A stretch of DNA of 64,000 bases from Rickettsiales bacterium. Its GTDB lineage: Bacteria; Pseudomonadota; Alphaproteobacteria; Rickettsiales; UBA8987. The notes beneath the pieces were generated by a model. The model made no database searches. It was not told the origin of the DNA and was given only the letters and a program-made list of their open reading frames with translations. Each line of letters starts with the position of its first letter. Position 1 is the stretch's first letter. A program made the position numbers and the translations under genes. The DNA lies in the NCBI GenBank assembly GCA_020630095.1, contig JAHDCD010000004.1, forward strand, positions 83,251 through 147,250, in the 5' to 3' direction. Below, in pieces: positions 1 to 9,192 of this stretch.

Positions 1-20
1 TATTGATATATCAACTTTTT

Positions 21-269
21 CTAAACTGTAACTATTGTCAACTCGCCTCTTGCTAAACAATATGCACAAATCAATCTATTTGATTTATAGGCTAGTTCTT
101 CATCTCTATAATATGGACTGCAAATAGCATCTATAAATACAGATGTTTGAACATTTTTCATTGTTTCGCACTTGTGACAAAATAGTTGTTTTGGTTCAAC
201 TTCTTTCTTTTTCATTTTTCCGTTAAACTTTGGATCAGAAATAGAAATTACATTATTGTTATTGCACAT
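21..269 (-). CDS. Small phage protein with two CxxC pairs (zinc-ribbon-like)
   Basis: 82-aa ORF with CHKC and CAYC pairs, directly downstream of the head-morphogenesis gene on the same strand. Confidence 0.4.
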   Translation of the reverse strand: MCNNNNVISISDPKFNGKMKKKEVEPKQLFCHKCETMKNVQTSVFIDAICSPYYRDEELAYKSNRLICAYCLARGELTIVTV

Positions 270-292
270 AGGATATAAAATAAATCCTATAC

Positions 293-1351
293 CTATCTTT
301 GCAAGCTTGCAAAAGCTTTAGCCTCTCTTTGTTTTAATATTTTTAATGTATAAATTTCGCCTGAGTGGTCTGTAAACCTATCCAGACTTAGCTTTCCGCC
401 TAAATATAATTTTGTTCTAGTTTTGCCTAAAACATCTTCTACAAATTCTAAAGGCTGGGTTTTAAGCCATTTGTTATAGGTGGTCGTTGCTGGTATTTGA
501 CCATTTAATGATGCACGAGTTCCTACTGGTGCCTCTTTAAGATTGATGCCCAATTGCTTCCATGAACCAATAATTGGTGCGGTAGAAGATCTGCAATTTG
601 GGTGGCGTGGCGGTCTAGGACCTTTTCCAACATCATAAATTTGACCATCAAGAGATGCACAAGTAACAGATGTACGACTATCTAAAGTAGCGGTGAAGCG
701 CCATTGTTTAACAATATTTGGATTATTCTTATATAATTCATCTCGTGCAAACGAGGCAACATGGTTGGTTGCTGTTCTAACTAGTCTTTCAGCATCACGA
801 TAAGATTTATGAACTATACCATCTTTATAGTTCAGTAAGCGTGAGCCTCTGATACGTCTTATAATTTGCGGTGTTGTTTCGCCTTCTACAAGCCCAAGTC
901 TCAAGGCTCTTTCAATTTGTTTAATTTTACTATCGGCTAAGTCCTTGATTTCATCTTTAATAAATCGGCCTTGAAGCGGTTGTGCAGTAACAATTGCAGA
1001 TAAAGCCTCTAATGTAGGCCTTGTAAGCTCTATTGATACAGGAAGTGTATTAGAAATAAGTCGAGCATTAAAATCTGATTCATATTCAGCTAAATCAGTA
1101 AGCTTAGAATTAAGATTATTTTCTAAAACATTGTAGGTATCTTTAGTGATTAAGCGTATATCACTTAAAAGCTTATTAAGCCTAGCTTTGCTAAAATCAG
1201 TTAAATCATCTTTTAAAATAAGCTGAGATAATTCACTTTCCGCGTCAATTAAAAGCTCATTAATCTCTTTTACTATACCGCCTGTAAGCCGTTGAAGATA
1301 TACTTGATGCCTTACACTAGCATCAAATAGCTCTTCATTTACGGTTTTCAT
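293..1351 (-). CDS. Phage head morphogenesis protein (SPP1 gp7 / Mu F family)
   Basis: C-terminal half shows the family pattern (NHVASFARDELY, WRFTATLDSRTSVTCASLDGQIYD, PPRHPNCRS). Sits downstream of the portal gene. Confidence 0.85.
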   Translation of the reverse strand: MKTVNEELFDASVRHQVYLQRLTGGIVKEINELLIDAESELSQLILKDDLTDFSKARLNKLLSDIRLITKDTYNVLENNLNSKLTDLAEYESDFNARLISNTLPVSIELTRPTLEALSAIVTAQPLQGRFIKDEIKDLADSKIKQIERALRLGLVEGETTPQIIRRIRGSRLLNYKDGIVHKSYRDAERLVRTATNHVASFARDELYKNNPNIVKQWRFTATLDSRTSVTCASLDGQIYDVGKGPRPPRHPNCRSSTAPIIGSWKQLGINLKEAPVGTRASLNGQIPATTTYNKWLKTQPLEFVEDVLGKTRTKLYLGGKLSLDRFTDHSGEIYTLKILKQREAKAFASLQR

Positions 1352-2472
1352 TTAAACTTATGATTAGTTTTTTCCCAAGTAAAATAATCTAATCCGCCAG
1401 ATTGATAATTTTCTCTGCCAAAGTGACCATAAGCTGCAGTTGGAGAGTATATTGGATTTTTTAGATTAAGTATTTCAATTATATCACTAGGATAGAATGA
1501 AAAATTAGTTTTAATAATCTTGGTTAGTTCTTTATCCGAATATTGTGAAGTGCCAAAACTCTGAGCGTAAATTGAGATAGGCTCTTTAATGCCAATACCA
1601 TAAGAAACTTGAATTAAGCATTTATCAGCTAAGCTTTGAGCTACAATATTTTTTGCTACATATCTTGCGAAGTAAGCGGCACTTCTATCAACTTTCGTTG
1701 GATCTTTACCTGAAAATGCACCGCCGCCATGAGGAGCATGTCCGCCATAGGTATCTACAATTATTTTACGCCCTGTTAATCCTGCATCGGCTTCCGGCCC
1801 ACCTTTGATAAATAAACCAGTTGGATTAACTCGAATATGATCATTCGCAGGAAGCCAGTCACTAGGCAGAGTTTTTTCTATAATAGGAATAAGATAATCT
1901 TTAATTGCTCTTTGCTTGATCACCTCACTATGCTGAATAGATACGATTATATCAGTTGCTCTAATTGGGTTTCCGTTCTCATATTCTAAAGTAAGTAGGC
2001 ATTTTGCATCATTTCCTAGAATATTTATATTTTCTGCCTCATTTGCTCTAAATATTTCTTCAAGTATTTTATGAGAATAATAGATACTAGCGGGCATAAA
2101 TTGCTCAGTTTCATTACAAGCATAGCCAAACATTATACCTTGATCACCAGCTCCGCCAGAATCTACACCTTGGGCTATATCTGAAGATTGGGTGTTTAGT
2201 AAAGGTGTAATCTCAAAATCAGATGCGTTATAACCTGCGTTAAACAATGTTTGAGAGGCAATCTGCTTTATATCGTTATCATGAAATTCGGTTTTACTTG
2301 ATACTTCGCCTGATATGAAAAGCTTATCTTTTGTAATAAAGCTTTCAATTCCTGCTCGAACATTTTGATCAATAGATAGATAAGCATCTAAAATTGCATC
2401 GGATATTTTATCGCAAATTTTATCTGGGTGTGCATGTGAAACTGATTCGCTGCTAAAAAGGTATTTTGACAT
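1348..2472 (-). CDS. metK: S-adenosylmethionine synthetase
   Basis: 374 aa with MetK signatures: SESVSHAHPDKICDKISDAILDA, GAGDQGIMFGYA, GGGAFSGKDPTKVDRSAAY. Its TGA stop overlaps the ATG of the downstream gp7-like gene (ATGA). Confidence 0.95.
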   Translation of the reverse strand: MSKYLFSSESVSHAHPDKICDKISDAILDAYLSIDQNVRAGIESFITKDKLFISGEVSSKTEFHDNDIKQIASQTLFNAGYNASDFEITPLLNTQSSDIAQGVDSGGAGDQGIMFGYACNETEQFMPASIYYSHKILEEIFRANEAENINILGNDAKCLLTLEYENGNPIRATDIIVSIQHSEVIKQRAIKDYLIPIIEKTLPSDWLPANDHIRVNPTGLFIKGGPEADAGLTGRKIIVDTYGGHAPHGGGAFSGKDPTKVDRSAAYFARYVAKNIVAQSLADKCLIQVSYGIGIKEPISIYAQSFGTSQYSDKELTKIIKTNFSFYPSDIIEILNLKNPIYSPTAAYGHFGRENYQSGGLDYFTWEKTNHKFK

Positions 2473-2474
2473 TG

Positions 2475-3860
2475 TTATTCTTCATTGGGAAATTTAGGGT
2501 TTTCCGTGCCTATTGCTTCAATTTCGTCATCAATGTCTAAATCTTCACGAATGATGTTTCTTCGCTTTAATTCAGTTAAATATGACTTTTGAGAAATTTC
2601 GCCTGCAAGCCTAGCCTTAAGTAAATGCTCTTCATCGCCATCAGCAACTTGAGATAGGCCAAAATCTTGGTTAATGCTTATGCCGCCGTAGTTTTCATGT
2701 TCTTGCCCTTCCCATTTGCACATAAACTCAAAGCATTTAGATATGGCATTTTCGAGCCTGCGAACCATGTCTTGTAAAGCTGAATTAGATTTTGCACTAT
2801 CTATAGCAGATTCCGTAGCGGTGACATTGCCAGTTCTTTTTAACAGAAGCTGAATACCTAGAGATTCCATTTTAGTTTCTAAATCTTTTAGAGATTCACG
2901 CCCAGCCTCAATAGCTGCCCCACTATGCTCAACAAATTGAAGCCTTGATTGCGGATCTTCTGATACAACCATTCTATCAGGCCCTATCTCTATTTCTGTA
3001 GCTGCATTAGGATTAAATCCTGCTCCGTGAAGTAATGGAAAGCGCACAAAATGCAAAATATGCTCTTGGTCTGATGACGATTGCCAATGCTGAACATTTA
3101 AGTGTGCTAAATCTAATAAAGGTGGTTTTGCAGTCATAAAACCAGTTTTTTCAGTATAGAATGTAACTAGGGCAATTTCTCCAAGGCTATTTTCACCAGT
3201 CTCTATTAACTGCCAGTTATCCTTCTTACCTTCTTCGTAAACTTCAAAACTATCAGGTTTAACTACCCTAATTCGATTAACTATTTTTTCTCCATATTCG
3301 CCATCAGGTATTGTAACTGATTCGAGTATCCTTAACTGCTTTAATTCATGAATACCATTAACACTTTCATAAGCCCATGCTATTAGGTTTGAGGCCTTAA
3401 CATGAACAGCGTAAGGTCTAATTTTATCCTGCTTTTTCTGCTCTAAATTCTTCTTCTCTGGCGTTAGAGGATAATCAATTAAAATATGAGTGATACCATC
3501 TGTTAAGGCAGATTCTAAAAGTTCTCGGCAAAAGGAGGTTATATTGTTGCCCATTCGGTCAATATCTTCAGTTAACTCTTTGATAATGTCTGGCGTATCT
3601 TCATTTACTGTAACAGTTTTTGAAAAAGGCTTACCAACTAATTTTTTGATGGTATCAGCATAAGCATTATAAAGAACTGAACGGCTTAACCTTATTTTAT
3701 ACGCCTCCTTTGACTCTTTGGGCTCACGAGGCAAGAACTTAGTTTCCGCAGCCCTCATGGCATCGGTTCCCTTTTTAACAGCATTAACCAACTCAAGATT
3801 AGGTAACATTGCCATATAGCCAGCACTAGGTGTTGCTACTGTGTTCTTTTTGCTACTCAT
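2475..3860 (-). CDS. Phage portal protein (putative)
   Basis: 461-aa ORF immediately downstream of, and abutting, the large terminase gene and upstream of head morphogenesis. Size and position are typical of a portal; I did not recognise a diagnostic motif. Confidence 0.65.
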   Translation of the reverse strand: MSSKKNTVATPSAGYMAMLPNLELVNAVKKGTDAMRAAETKFLPREPKESKEAYKIRLSRSVLYNAYADTIKKLVGKPFSKTVTVNEDTPDIIKELTEDIDRMGNNITSFCRELLESALTDGITHILIDYPLTPEKKNLEQKKQDKIRPYAVHVKASNLIAWAYESVNGIHELKQLRILESVTIPDGEYGEKIVNRIRVVKPDSFEVYEEGKKDNWQLIETGENSLGEIALVTFYTEKTGFMTAKPPLLDLAHLNVQHWQSSSDQEHILHFVRFPLLHGAGFNPNAATEIEIGPDRMVVSEDPQSRLQFVEHSGAAIEAGRESLKDLETKMESLGIQLLLKRTGNVTATESAIDSAKSNSALQDMVRRLENAISKCFEFMCKWEGQEHENYGGISINQDFGLSQVADGDEEHLLKARLAGEISQKSYLTELKRRNIIREDLDIDDEIEAIGTENPKFPNEE

Positions 3861-5287
3861 TAAACCCTAAACTCTATACTGGTATGTTTTTTACCTGAAG
3901 ACATTACAGCATATCTTGTTTCATCTGCTGCATGGTCTTCGGCTTCTGTGTTTATGTCATCTTGGCTTTTTTCATCTCTTTGTAGAACTGGAACAGTTCT
4001 TATCCAATCTAAGCAATTATCAAATACCCATAATCCTGCAGCCTCAGGATTATCTGATGCTGAGCTTATAAGCATTTCTCGCATTTGTTGCCAACCCGCT
4101 ATGCGATTATTATCGGCTTTACTAAAATGAAGATGTAAGCCCATTTCTCTTGCCCCTTCACGCATTTGGTCAAAAATGCTTGGTCCACCTGCTTTGGTAA
4201 ATATTGAAGGGTCGGCTACACAACCTTCCCAAATTTTACTTTTAGATTTATTGGCAATTGCAACGCCTAACTCTTTATTTGAAAGGCGTGTTCCAACATT
4301 AGGCTTAACATATCCTGAAATATCTTTTTCTACGGTGTAGAACTCACCGATTCTAATTAGCGAACCTCTAGGGAAATATTTACCTATTTCTTCAACAACA
4401 GAGCCGTCAGATACAGCCCAAAAACCAACAGATGAAGGCTTTGCACTTCCCCAGTCAAACGAGCGTTTAAACTTCCATGTGTGCGGTATAGTAAACGGCT
4501 TAAGAATATGCCTTGATGGCTTCCATATATCGTCAAAGAATCCTCCTGCGACTATATCCCATATGCCATGGCGCCAAGCTTTAACTAAAGCTGGCGAGCC
4601 TGATTGCATCAGACGCTTTTCATAATTAGGATCATTCTCAACTAACTTTTGATTATCTTCTAGCTTAGAAGGTATAAAAACTCGGTTTTCGCCAGTTTCA
4701 GGGTCAGATATAATCTGATAACCAGTTGGAGCAGGAGTTATAAATCTTTGCTTAACCCAGTTATGACCTGCACCACCGGGGTTGCCTGTTAAGCGTAATT
4801 TAACAGGAACACCATGGGCAGAACGAAGGGTTGCCCTAATTCTATCTATCGCATCAGGTGTTGGCCAGTTGGTAGCCTCTTCAACGCATATCCAAGTATA
4901 GCTGTGTCCTTGATAGTTTTCGGCATCTTTTGCATCAAACAAATGTCTGAATTTGAGTTTTGCTCCATTAGCAAATTTCCATTCAGCCTTAGATGAACTC
5001 CAAACAGCGCCAAGCTTGGTATAAATTTCAGTTGCTCTTCGTAAAACTTCTTCAAGTTGTTTATAAGTTCGCCTAAAAAATACACCATTTGCATTTGAAC
5101 CATATTTAGAGGCATGAACGGCAAAATCGCCAAGCATACCATCTGTTTTACCGCCACCTCTTGCACCGCCATAAAATACTTCAAATATTGGACATCTAAG
5201 TAATGATTCTTGCGGTCCTTTCTGTGGCTTCCATATAGTTTCTTGAGGCTTCCTTACTCCCTGTCTGGTTTGTATTTTTCTGCCCAT
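3860..5287 (-). CDS. Phage terminase large subunit
   Basis: Walker A-like GGARGGGKTDG near the N-terminus, acidic nuclease-type C-terminal region (EAEDHAADETRYA), 475 aa, adjacent to the portal gene. Confidence 0.9.
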   Translation of the reverse strand: MGRKIQTRQGVRKPQETIWKPQKGPQESLLRCPIFEVFYGGARGGGKTDGMLGDFAVHASKYGSNANGVFFRRTYKQLEEVLRRATEIYTKLGAVWSSSKAEWKFANGAKLKFRHLFDAKDAENYQGHSYTWICVEEATNWPTPDAIDRIRATLRSAHGVPVKLRLTGNPGGAGHNWVKQRFITPAPTGYQIISDPETGENRVFIPSKLEDNQKLVENDPNYEKRLMQSGSPALVKAWRHGIWDIVAGGFFDDIWKPSRHILKPFTIPHTWKFKRSFDWGSAKPSSVGFWAVSDGSVVEEIGKYFPRGSLIRIGEFYTVEKDISGYVKPNVGTRLSNKELGVAIANKSKSKIWEGCVADPSIFTKAGGPSIFDQMREGAREMGLHLHFSKADNNRIAGWQQMREMLISSASDNPEAAGLWVFDNCLDWIRTVPVLQRDEKSQDDINTEAEDHAADETRYAVMSSGKKHTSIEFRV

Positions 5288-5646
5288 TCATCTTGGTTTT
5301 CTATTATTGCAGGTGCTTCAATTACATATTGTATTGCTTCGCCATCTTCGCCAGTTATCTCTTGTCGTTCAATGTAGCCACGCTCTTTACCCTTGGTTTT
5401 TAGATAGAAAATAATAGCAGCAGTATTGCCCTCTTGAATCTGCTTAATAATAGCAGCTTCAGCCATGTCTAAAGTACCGTATTGGCTTTCTTCTTTGGCT
5501 TTGCGTAATTTACTGCTTTTAGCTAGGTAATTAGCTATTGTTGAAGGTGAGCATTTTAACTTCTGTGCTGCCACAGAATTTAAGCCTGCTGATTCTCTTA
5601 ATGCTAGCTCTACTTTTTCTATCGAAAATTTGTCTTTATTTGCCAT
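5254..5646 (-). CDS. Terminase small subunit-like HTH protein (putative)
   Basis: 130 aa with an N-terminal HTH-like segment (AAQKLKCSPSTIANYL), directly upstream of and overlapping the large terminase gene. Confidence 0.5.
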   Translation of the reverse strand: MANKDKFSIEKVELALRESAGLNSVAAQKLKCSPSTIANYLAKSSKLRKAKEESQYGTLDMAEAAIIKQIQEGNTAAIIFYLKTKGKERGYIERQEITGEDGEAIQYVIEAPAIIENQDEWAEKYKPDRE

Positions 5647-6490
5647 TATCTTTGTCTTGTTCAGTTAATTTCTTTTCCTCTCTTAACTGCTCAATACGCT
5701 CCTGAGCTAAATCTGCTAAAAGCCTTATGGCTACTGCATTATTGTAAACTTCTTTAACTTGCTTAACGCCAACTATGGCATCAAATATGCGGTCATAATC
5801 TTCATATTCAGCGAATATCTTAGTTTTCTTAGATGAAGCTTTTTCTATTTTTAATAATTGGTCGATAAATACCTGCTTTTCAGCAGGTAAAAACATTATG
5901 GTTATTTCTTCATAAGGAACAGAGCCGATAGAAAGCCCATCAATATCGAGCTTGTTTATGTCTTTAAAATAATCATCTGTAATGCCTGAATATGCTTTAT
6001 GTTCTAGGCTTAGCGACTCATAGATATTCTTTAGGATATTTTGGTCATCTTGCCCTGTAATAGCATTATGTGAAAGCTGTATAGCCTTTCTTCTATCTTC
6101 ATTAATCCGAGACTGAATAATGAATACAGGGATTTCTTTTTGACCAGCTTGAATAGCCGCTTGGACTCTATGATTACCCGAGACTACAGCAAGCTTTTTA
6201 GAGTCTTTTTCTGGATAAACAGTAACAATGGAAGTTAAAGCGTCATCTTTAGCCAAGTTACTAGCTAAGGTACGCATAGTGTCTGCTGTCATATAGCGAG
6301 CATTTTCTTCAGCCTCTAATATTCTTAACTGTTTTGTTGGAACTATACAAAAGCGGACTTTAAGAGCCTTGTTATTCGACTCGTTCTCGTCAATTTCAGC
6401 AAGGTCAAAATATTCAACATCTTCTAATGCTATAAAGCTGTATTGCGAGCTATCCTTGCTTGGTAATTCTTTCTTTTGCTTCTCTGCCAT
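5636..6490 (-). CDS. ParB-like nuclease domain protein
   Basis: ParB N-terminal domain pattern (VVSGNHRVQAAIQAG, IPVFII) in a 284-aa ORF upstream of the terminase genes. Confidence 0.65.
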   Translation of the reverse strand: MAEKQKKELPSKDSSQYSFIALEDVEYFDLAEIDENESNNKALKVRFCIVPTKQLRILEAEENARYMTADTMRTLASNLAKDDALTSIVTVYPEKDSKKLAVVSGNHRVQAAIQAGQKEIPVFIIQSRINEDRRKAIQLSHNAITGQDDQNILKNIYESLSLEHKAYSGITDDYFKDINKLDIDGLSIGSVPYEEITIMFLPAEKQVFIDQLLKIEKASSKKTKIFAEYEDYDRIFDAIVGVKQVKEVYNNAVAIRLLADLAQERIEQLREEKKLTEQDKDNGK

Positions 6491-7799
6491 ATTTAACCCA
6501 CCAGTTAGAGTACATTTGTTGAGGTATTTCTTCTCGTAATTCCGAGCCGTAATTGATTATATTGCCCTCAGATGGATCATCTGCTGGTCTGCGGTTAAGA
6601 AGCTCATATATACCTCGATATTTCATCGAGATGGGACGTTTGGTTCTAGCTGTAGTAACTACATAATCAATTTTGCTTATTAGCTTTTTGCTAACAATTT
6701 CTAAAAGTGTCTTTGAGGTGGCGATAGTAGCCACTAACTTTGAAAGCTTGCCTTCACGGCTGATAGTAACATCGGATAACAAATATATCGTATTTTGTCC
6801 GAATGAAGGGAATTTGGGTAGGCTATAAATAACTCCGCCAACTAGCATCTTATCAACATAGATTAAGAAATTAGCCACTCCGCTAGAATGAATGATAGTT
6901 TTCTGTAAATATATATCCTTTATAAAATCCATGTGCTTGCTTTCAGCTTGGACTATCTGAATTTTGCTTTTCTTATGGATCTTGCTTAAATCTATAGGTT
7001 TATATTCAAATTGGTCAGGAATCTTGTAAATATGGCGAATGCTAGATTTTTCAGTTCTAGCAAAACAGTAATGCGGAACTTTACGCCCTTGCACATATTC
7101 AAGCACAGGCTTTCTATTCTCAAAAGTCTGGTCTGATAATACACAGTAAGGGATACCGCTATCGTCAATTTTATCAATTATTGAGCCTAAAGTCTTAGGA
7201 TCGTATAAGTCATAGCTAGGTGCTGGCCATTCAATATTTTCTTCAATAAACTTAAACTGGCTTTCATAGTCGCCTTTAAAGAATGGCGGAAATGCTGCAA
7301 CCCCTGCACCCTTAGATATTGCTTCTTTTACATGGTCACGCCAATCTATAGGATTATAGCCCTGTATCTGCATTTGAGGCAGAATCTTATCTAATAGCTT
7401 TTTGGCTCTATCAAAGAAGTAATCGAAATTCTCTATGAAATAGTTAAAGTGTAATTTGTTATAATCATTATTCCGCCTGCCATATCTAGCCATTTCACAA
7501 GCAACCAATGTCGCAGCAGTCTTTTCATAAAAGCTAGAGCCGTTAGTTCGCTCTTCAATAAATTCTAAGTCTTTTACGAATTTGATATTAAATTCTTCAT
7601 TACAAGCCAGTTTACCAACAGCCGTTGAGTATAAACTAACATCGTTACTAACTATCGGCAAATCTGGAAATTTGCTTTTTAAAGCTCGCTCAATTCTAAA
7701 GCTACCGGAACAGCAAACATATACTTCTTGCCAATTTTCAAAGTCGATAATCTTCATAACCTGCTCAATACAGGCTGTAGGTACGGCTCCAAAAAACAT
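6450..7799 (-). CDS. Putative DNA methyltransferase-like protein with an extra C-terminal domain
   Basis: 449 aa. N-terminal half has a glycine/serine nucleotide-binding-like stretch (VYVCCSGSFRIE) and a motif IV-like FPPF (GVAAFPPFFKGDY). The ParB-nuclease neighbour fits the phage ParB+methylase pairing. The assignment is weak. Confidence 0.4.
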   Translation of the reverse strand: MFFGAVPTACIEQVMKIIDFENWQEVYVCCSGSFRIERALKSKFPDLPIVSNDVSLYSTAVGKLACNEEFNIKFVKDLEFIEERTNGSSFYEKTAATLVACEMARYGRRNNDYNKLHFNYFIENFDYFFDRAKKLLDKILPQMQIQGYNPIDWRDHVKEAISKGAGVAAFPPFFKGDYESQFKFIEENIEWPAPSYDLYDPKTLGSIIDKIDDSGIPYCVLSDQTFENRKPVLEYVQGRKVPHYCFARTEKSSIRHIYKIPDQFEYKPIDLSKIHKKSKIQIVQAESKHMDFIKDIYLQKTIIHSSGVANFLIYVDKMLVGGVIYSLPKFPSFGQNTIYLLSDVTISREGKLSKLVATIATSKTLLEIVSKKLISKIDYVVTTARTKRPISMKYRGIYELLNRRPADDPSEGNIINYGSELREEIPQQMYSNWWVKYGREAKERITKQG

Positions 7800-7856
7800 A
7801 ATGTGAAGAAAAGTAGAAATAAAAACGGCGATGCAAGCCTAAACCTACACCGCCTA

Positions 7857-7867
7857 CCACAATTAAC
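7857..7867 (+). promoter_or_regulatory. Element-specific 11-mer CCACAATTAAC, copy 1
   Basis: Exact match. Embedded in the 20-mer cgcctaccacaattaacatg, which recurs inverted at 25656-25675. Confidence 0.6.
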
Positions 7868-7981
7868 ATGAATAATCATGCCAATTAAGAGGTATTATAA
7901 TTCAAGGGGTATTAAGATTAAAGGGGTTTTTAATTTTTAAGCTAACTTGTTGTTCTGATTGATTTTATATGAAGTTATGAT

Positions 7982-8020
7982 GTCGCTTTTACTTGACGGC
8001 AACTCTATTATGGAAAGAAT
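7982..8020 (+). promoter_or_regulatory. Candidate sigma70-type promoter cassette P1 (TTGACG -35 at 7993-7998)
   Basis: gtcgcttttacttgacggcaactctat is near-identical to the cassette at 9126-9152. An AAGAAT -10 candidate follows after a 16-nt spacer. Confidence 0.4.
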
Positions 8021-8051
8021 TAGAATTGTTCAACAAGAACAATAACTTAAC

Positions 8052-8062
8052 CCACAATTAAC
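8052..8062 (+). promoter_or_regulatory. Element-specific 11-mer CCACAATTAAC, copy 2
   Basis: Exact match ending 11 nt before the ATG at 8074. Confidence 0.6.
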
Positions 8063-8073
8063 ATAAGTAAATC

Positions 8074-8673
8074 ATGGCTAATATCTGCGAAAACATCATT
8101 CAAATTAATGCTAACAAAAAAGCAATCTCTAAAATGTTGGAGGTTGCCAAAACCCATAAAGAAACTTTACGAGGCGAAAAGTCTGAAGTTACCTTTTCAT
8201 TTTATCCATTCTGTAAAAATCTAGTAAGCAAGCCAAGCTCAACAATACTAGGAGAATTAGGCACTAATTATATTCCATATATTGCAGCTAATGAAGAATT
8301 TAACATCTTAATTCAAGATGGTGCTGTATTACTTTATTTTGATACTAAATGGTCTGCTCCAATAGGCGCTGCTTCAAATCTTCTTAAATGGCTTCAGAAA
8401 ATTGATAAAGAGGCTCATATTCGTATGAGTTATCAAGAATATGGAATGAATTTCTGCGGAATTTATATATCAGGTTGTGGGGATTTAGACTGCAACATAA
8501 CTGAGGATTACCATTACTTAGATGAGGAGTTTATAAAAGATATAGACGAGGCTGAATTAGATAGATTATCTAATATCTATGGGTTAAGCTCTGATGAATT
8601 AAAATTTAAGGCAAATGAACCTGACGGTGTTTATTTGTTTTCAGATTTTTATAAAGAAAATAGATTAGGTTAA
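8074..8673 (+). CDS. Hypothetical early protein (possible DUF1281/Api92-like fold)
   Basis: 199 aa. The N-terminal MANICEN, FDTKWSAP and YQEYGMNFCG patterns resemble DUF1281-type plasmid/phage proteins; this is from memory and unverified. Confidence 0.5.
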   Translation: MANICENIIQINANKKAISKMLEVAKTHKETLRGEKSEVTFSFYPFCKNLVSKPSSTILGELGTNYIPYIAANEEFNILIQDGAVLLYFDTKWSAPIGAASNLLKWLQKIDKEAHIRMSYQEYGMNFCGIYISGCGDLDCNITEDYHYLDEEFIKDIDEAELDRLSNIYGLSSDELKFKANEPDGVYLFSDFYKENRLG

Positions 8674-8677
8674 AATT

Positions 8678-9076
8678 ATGTTTAAATTAGAGCAAGCACG
8701 AAAGGAAGCAGAGGTTATTGCAACTCATTATGTTGAGGGTGATAACTACACAGCCGAAAGAATTGCTAATAAGCCTATATTATGCGGTTTAGTTACAGAA
8801 GTTATTTCTCGTAAGCACCCCCAAAAGCTATCTCGTTTTTTAAGAGAGTTGGTTAATTACTCAAATGATAATATTTTCATTATTTGGAGTTCTGATGATA
8901 TCAAAGAACGCCGCCCAGACTTAACAGATGAGCAATGTTACAAAGTTCTAAAATCATTAGAAAAGGATCACGAGTCGTGTTATGGCATAACTTGGGAAAC
9001 CATTGATAGCACGGCTGATTTCTTATTTAAAGAACCTGCTAACATATCAGAACTAAGGCTTAATTACTCAGGTTAG
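8678..9076 (+). CDS. Hypothetical early protein
   Basis: 132-aa ORF, 4 nt after the upstream stop, same strand as its neighbours. Confidence 0.5.
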   Translation: MFKLEQARKEAEVIATHYVEGDNYTAERIANKPILCGLVTEVISRKHPQKLSRFLRELVNYSNDNIFIIWSSDDIKERRPDLTDEQCYKVLKSLEKDHESCYGITWETIDSTADFLFKEPANISELRLNYSG

Positions 9077-9125
9077 GTATTTATTATAAATATCTGTATT
9101 TACTGGATATTCTGTTATTTTTAAG

Positions 9126-9165
9126 GTCGCTTTCTCTTGACGGTCAACCCTATATCTTTATTATA
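9126..9165 (+). promoter_or_regulatory. Candidate promoter cassette P2 (TTGACG -35 at 9137-9142)
   Basis: gtcgctttctcttgacggtcaaccctat repeats cassette P1. An ATTATA -10 candidate follows after a 17-nt spacer. The 11-mer starts at about the predicted +1. Confidence 0.4.
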
Positions 9166-9174
9166 AAGATATAA

Positions 9175-9185
9175 CCACAATTAAC
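9175..9185 (+). promoter_or_regulatory. Element-specific 11-mer CCACAATTAAC, copy 3
   Basis: Exact match ending 7 nt before the ATG at 9193. Confidence 0.6.
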
Positions 9186-9192
9186 AATTATC

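Noticed and set aside
3948-5184. ORFs 3948-4130 (+), 4814-4996 (+) and 4846-5184 (-) inside the large terminase gene
   Set aside because: They lie wholly inside a well-supported 475-aa terminase ORF, in other frames or on the other strand, and have low-complexity composition. I treat them as shadow ORFs.
7868-7888. Six-codon mini-ORF (MNNHAN*) directly after 11-mer copy 1
   Set aside because: It is too short to support as a gene. It is more likely a by-product of the duplicated 20-mer that includes the ATG of the 25658 gene.
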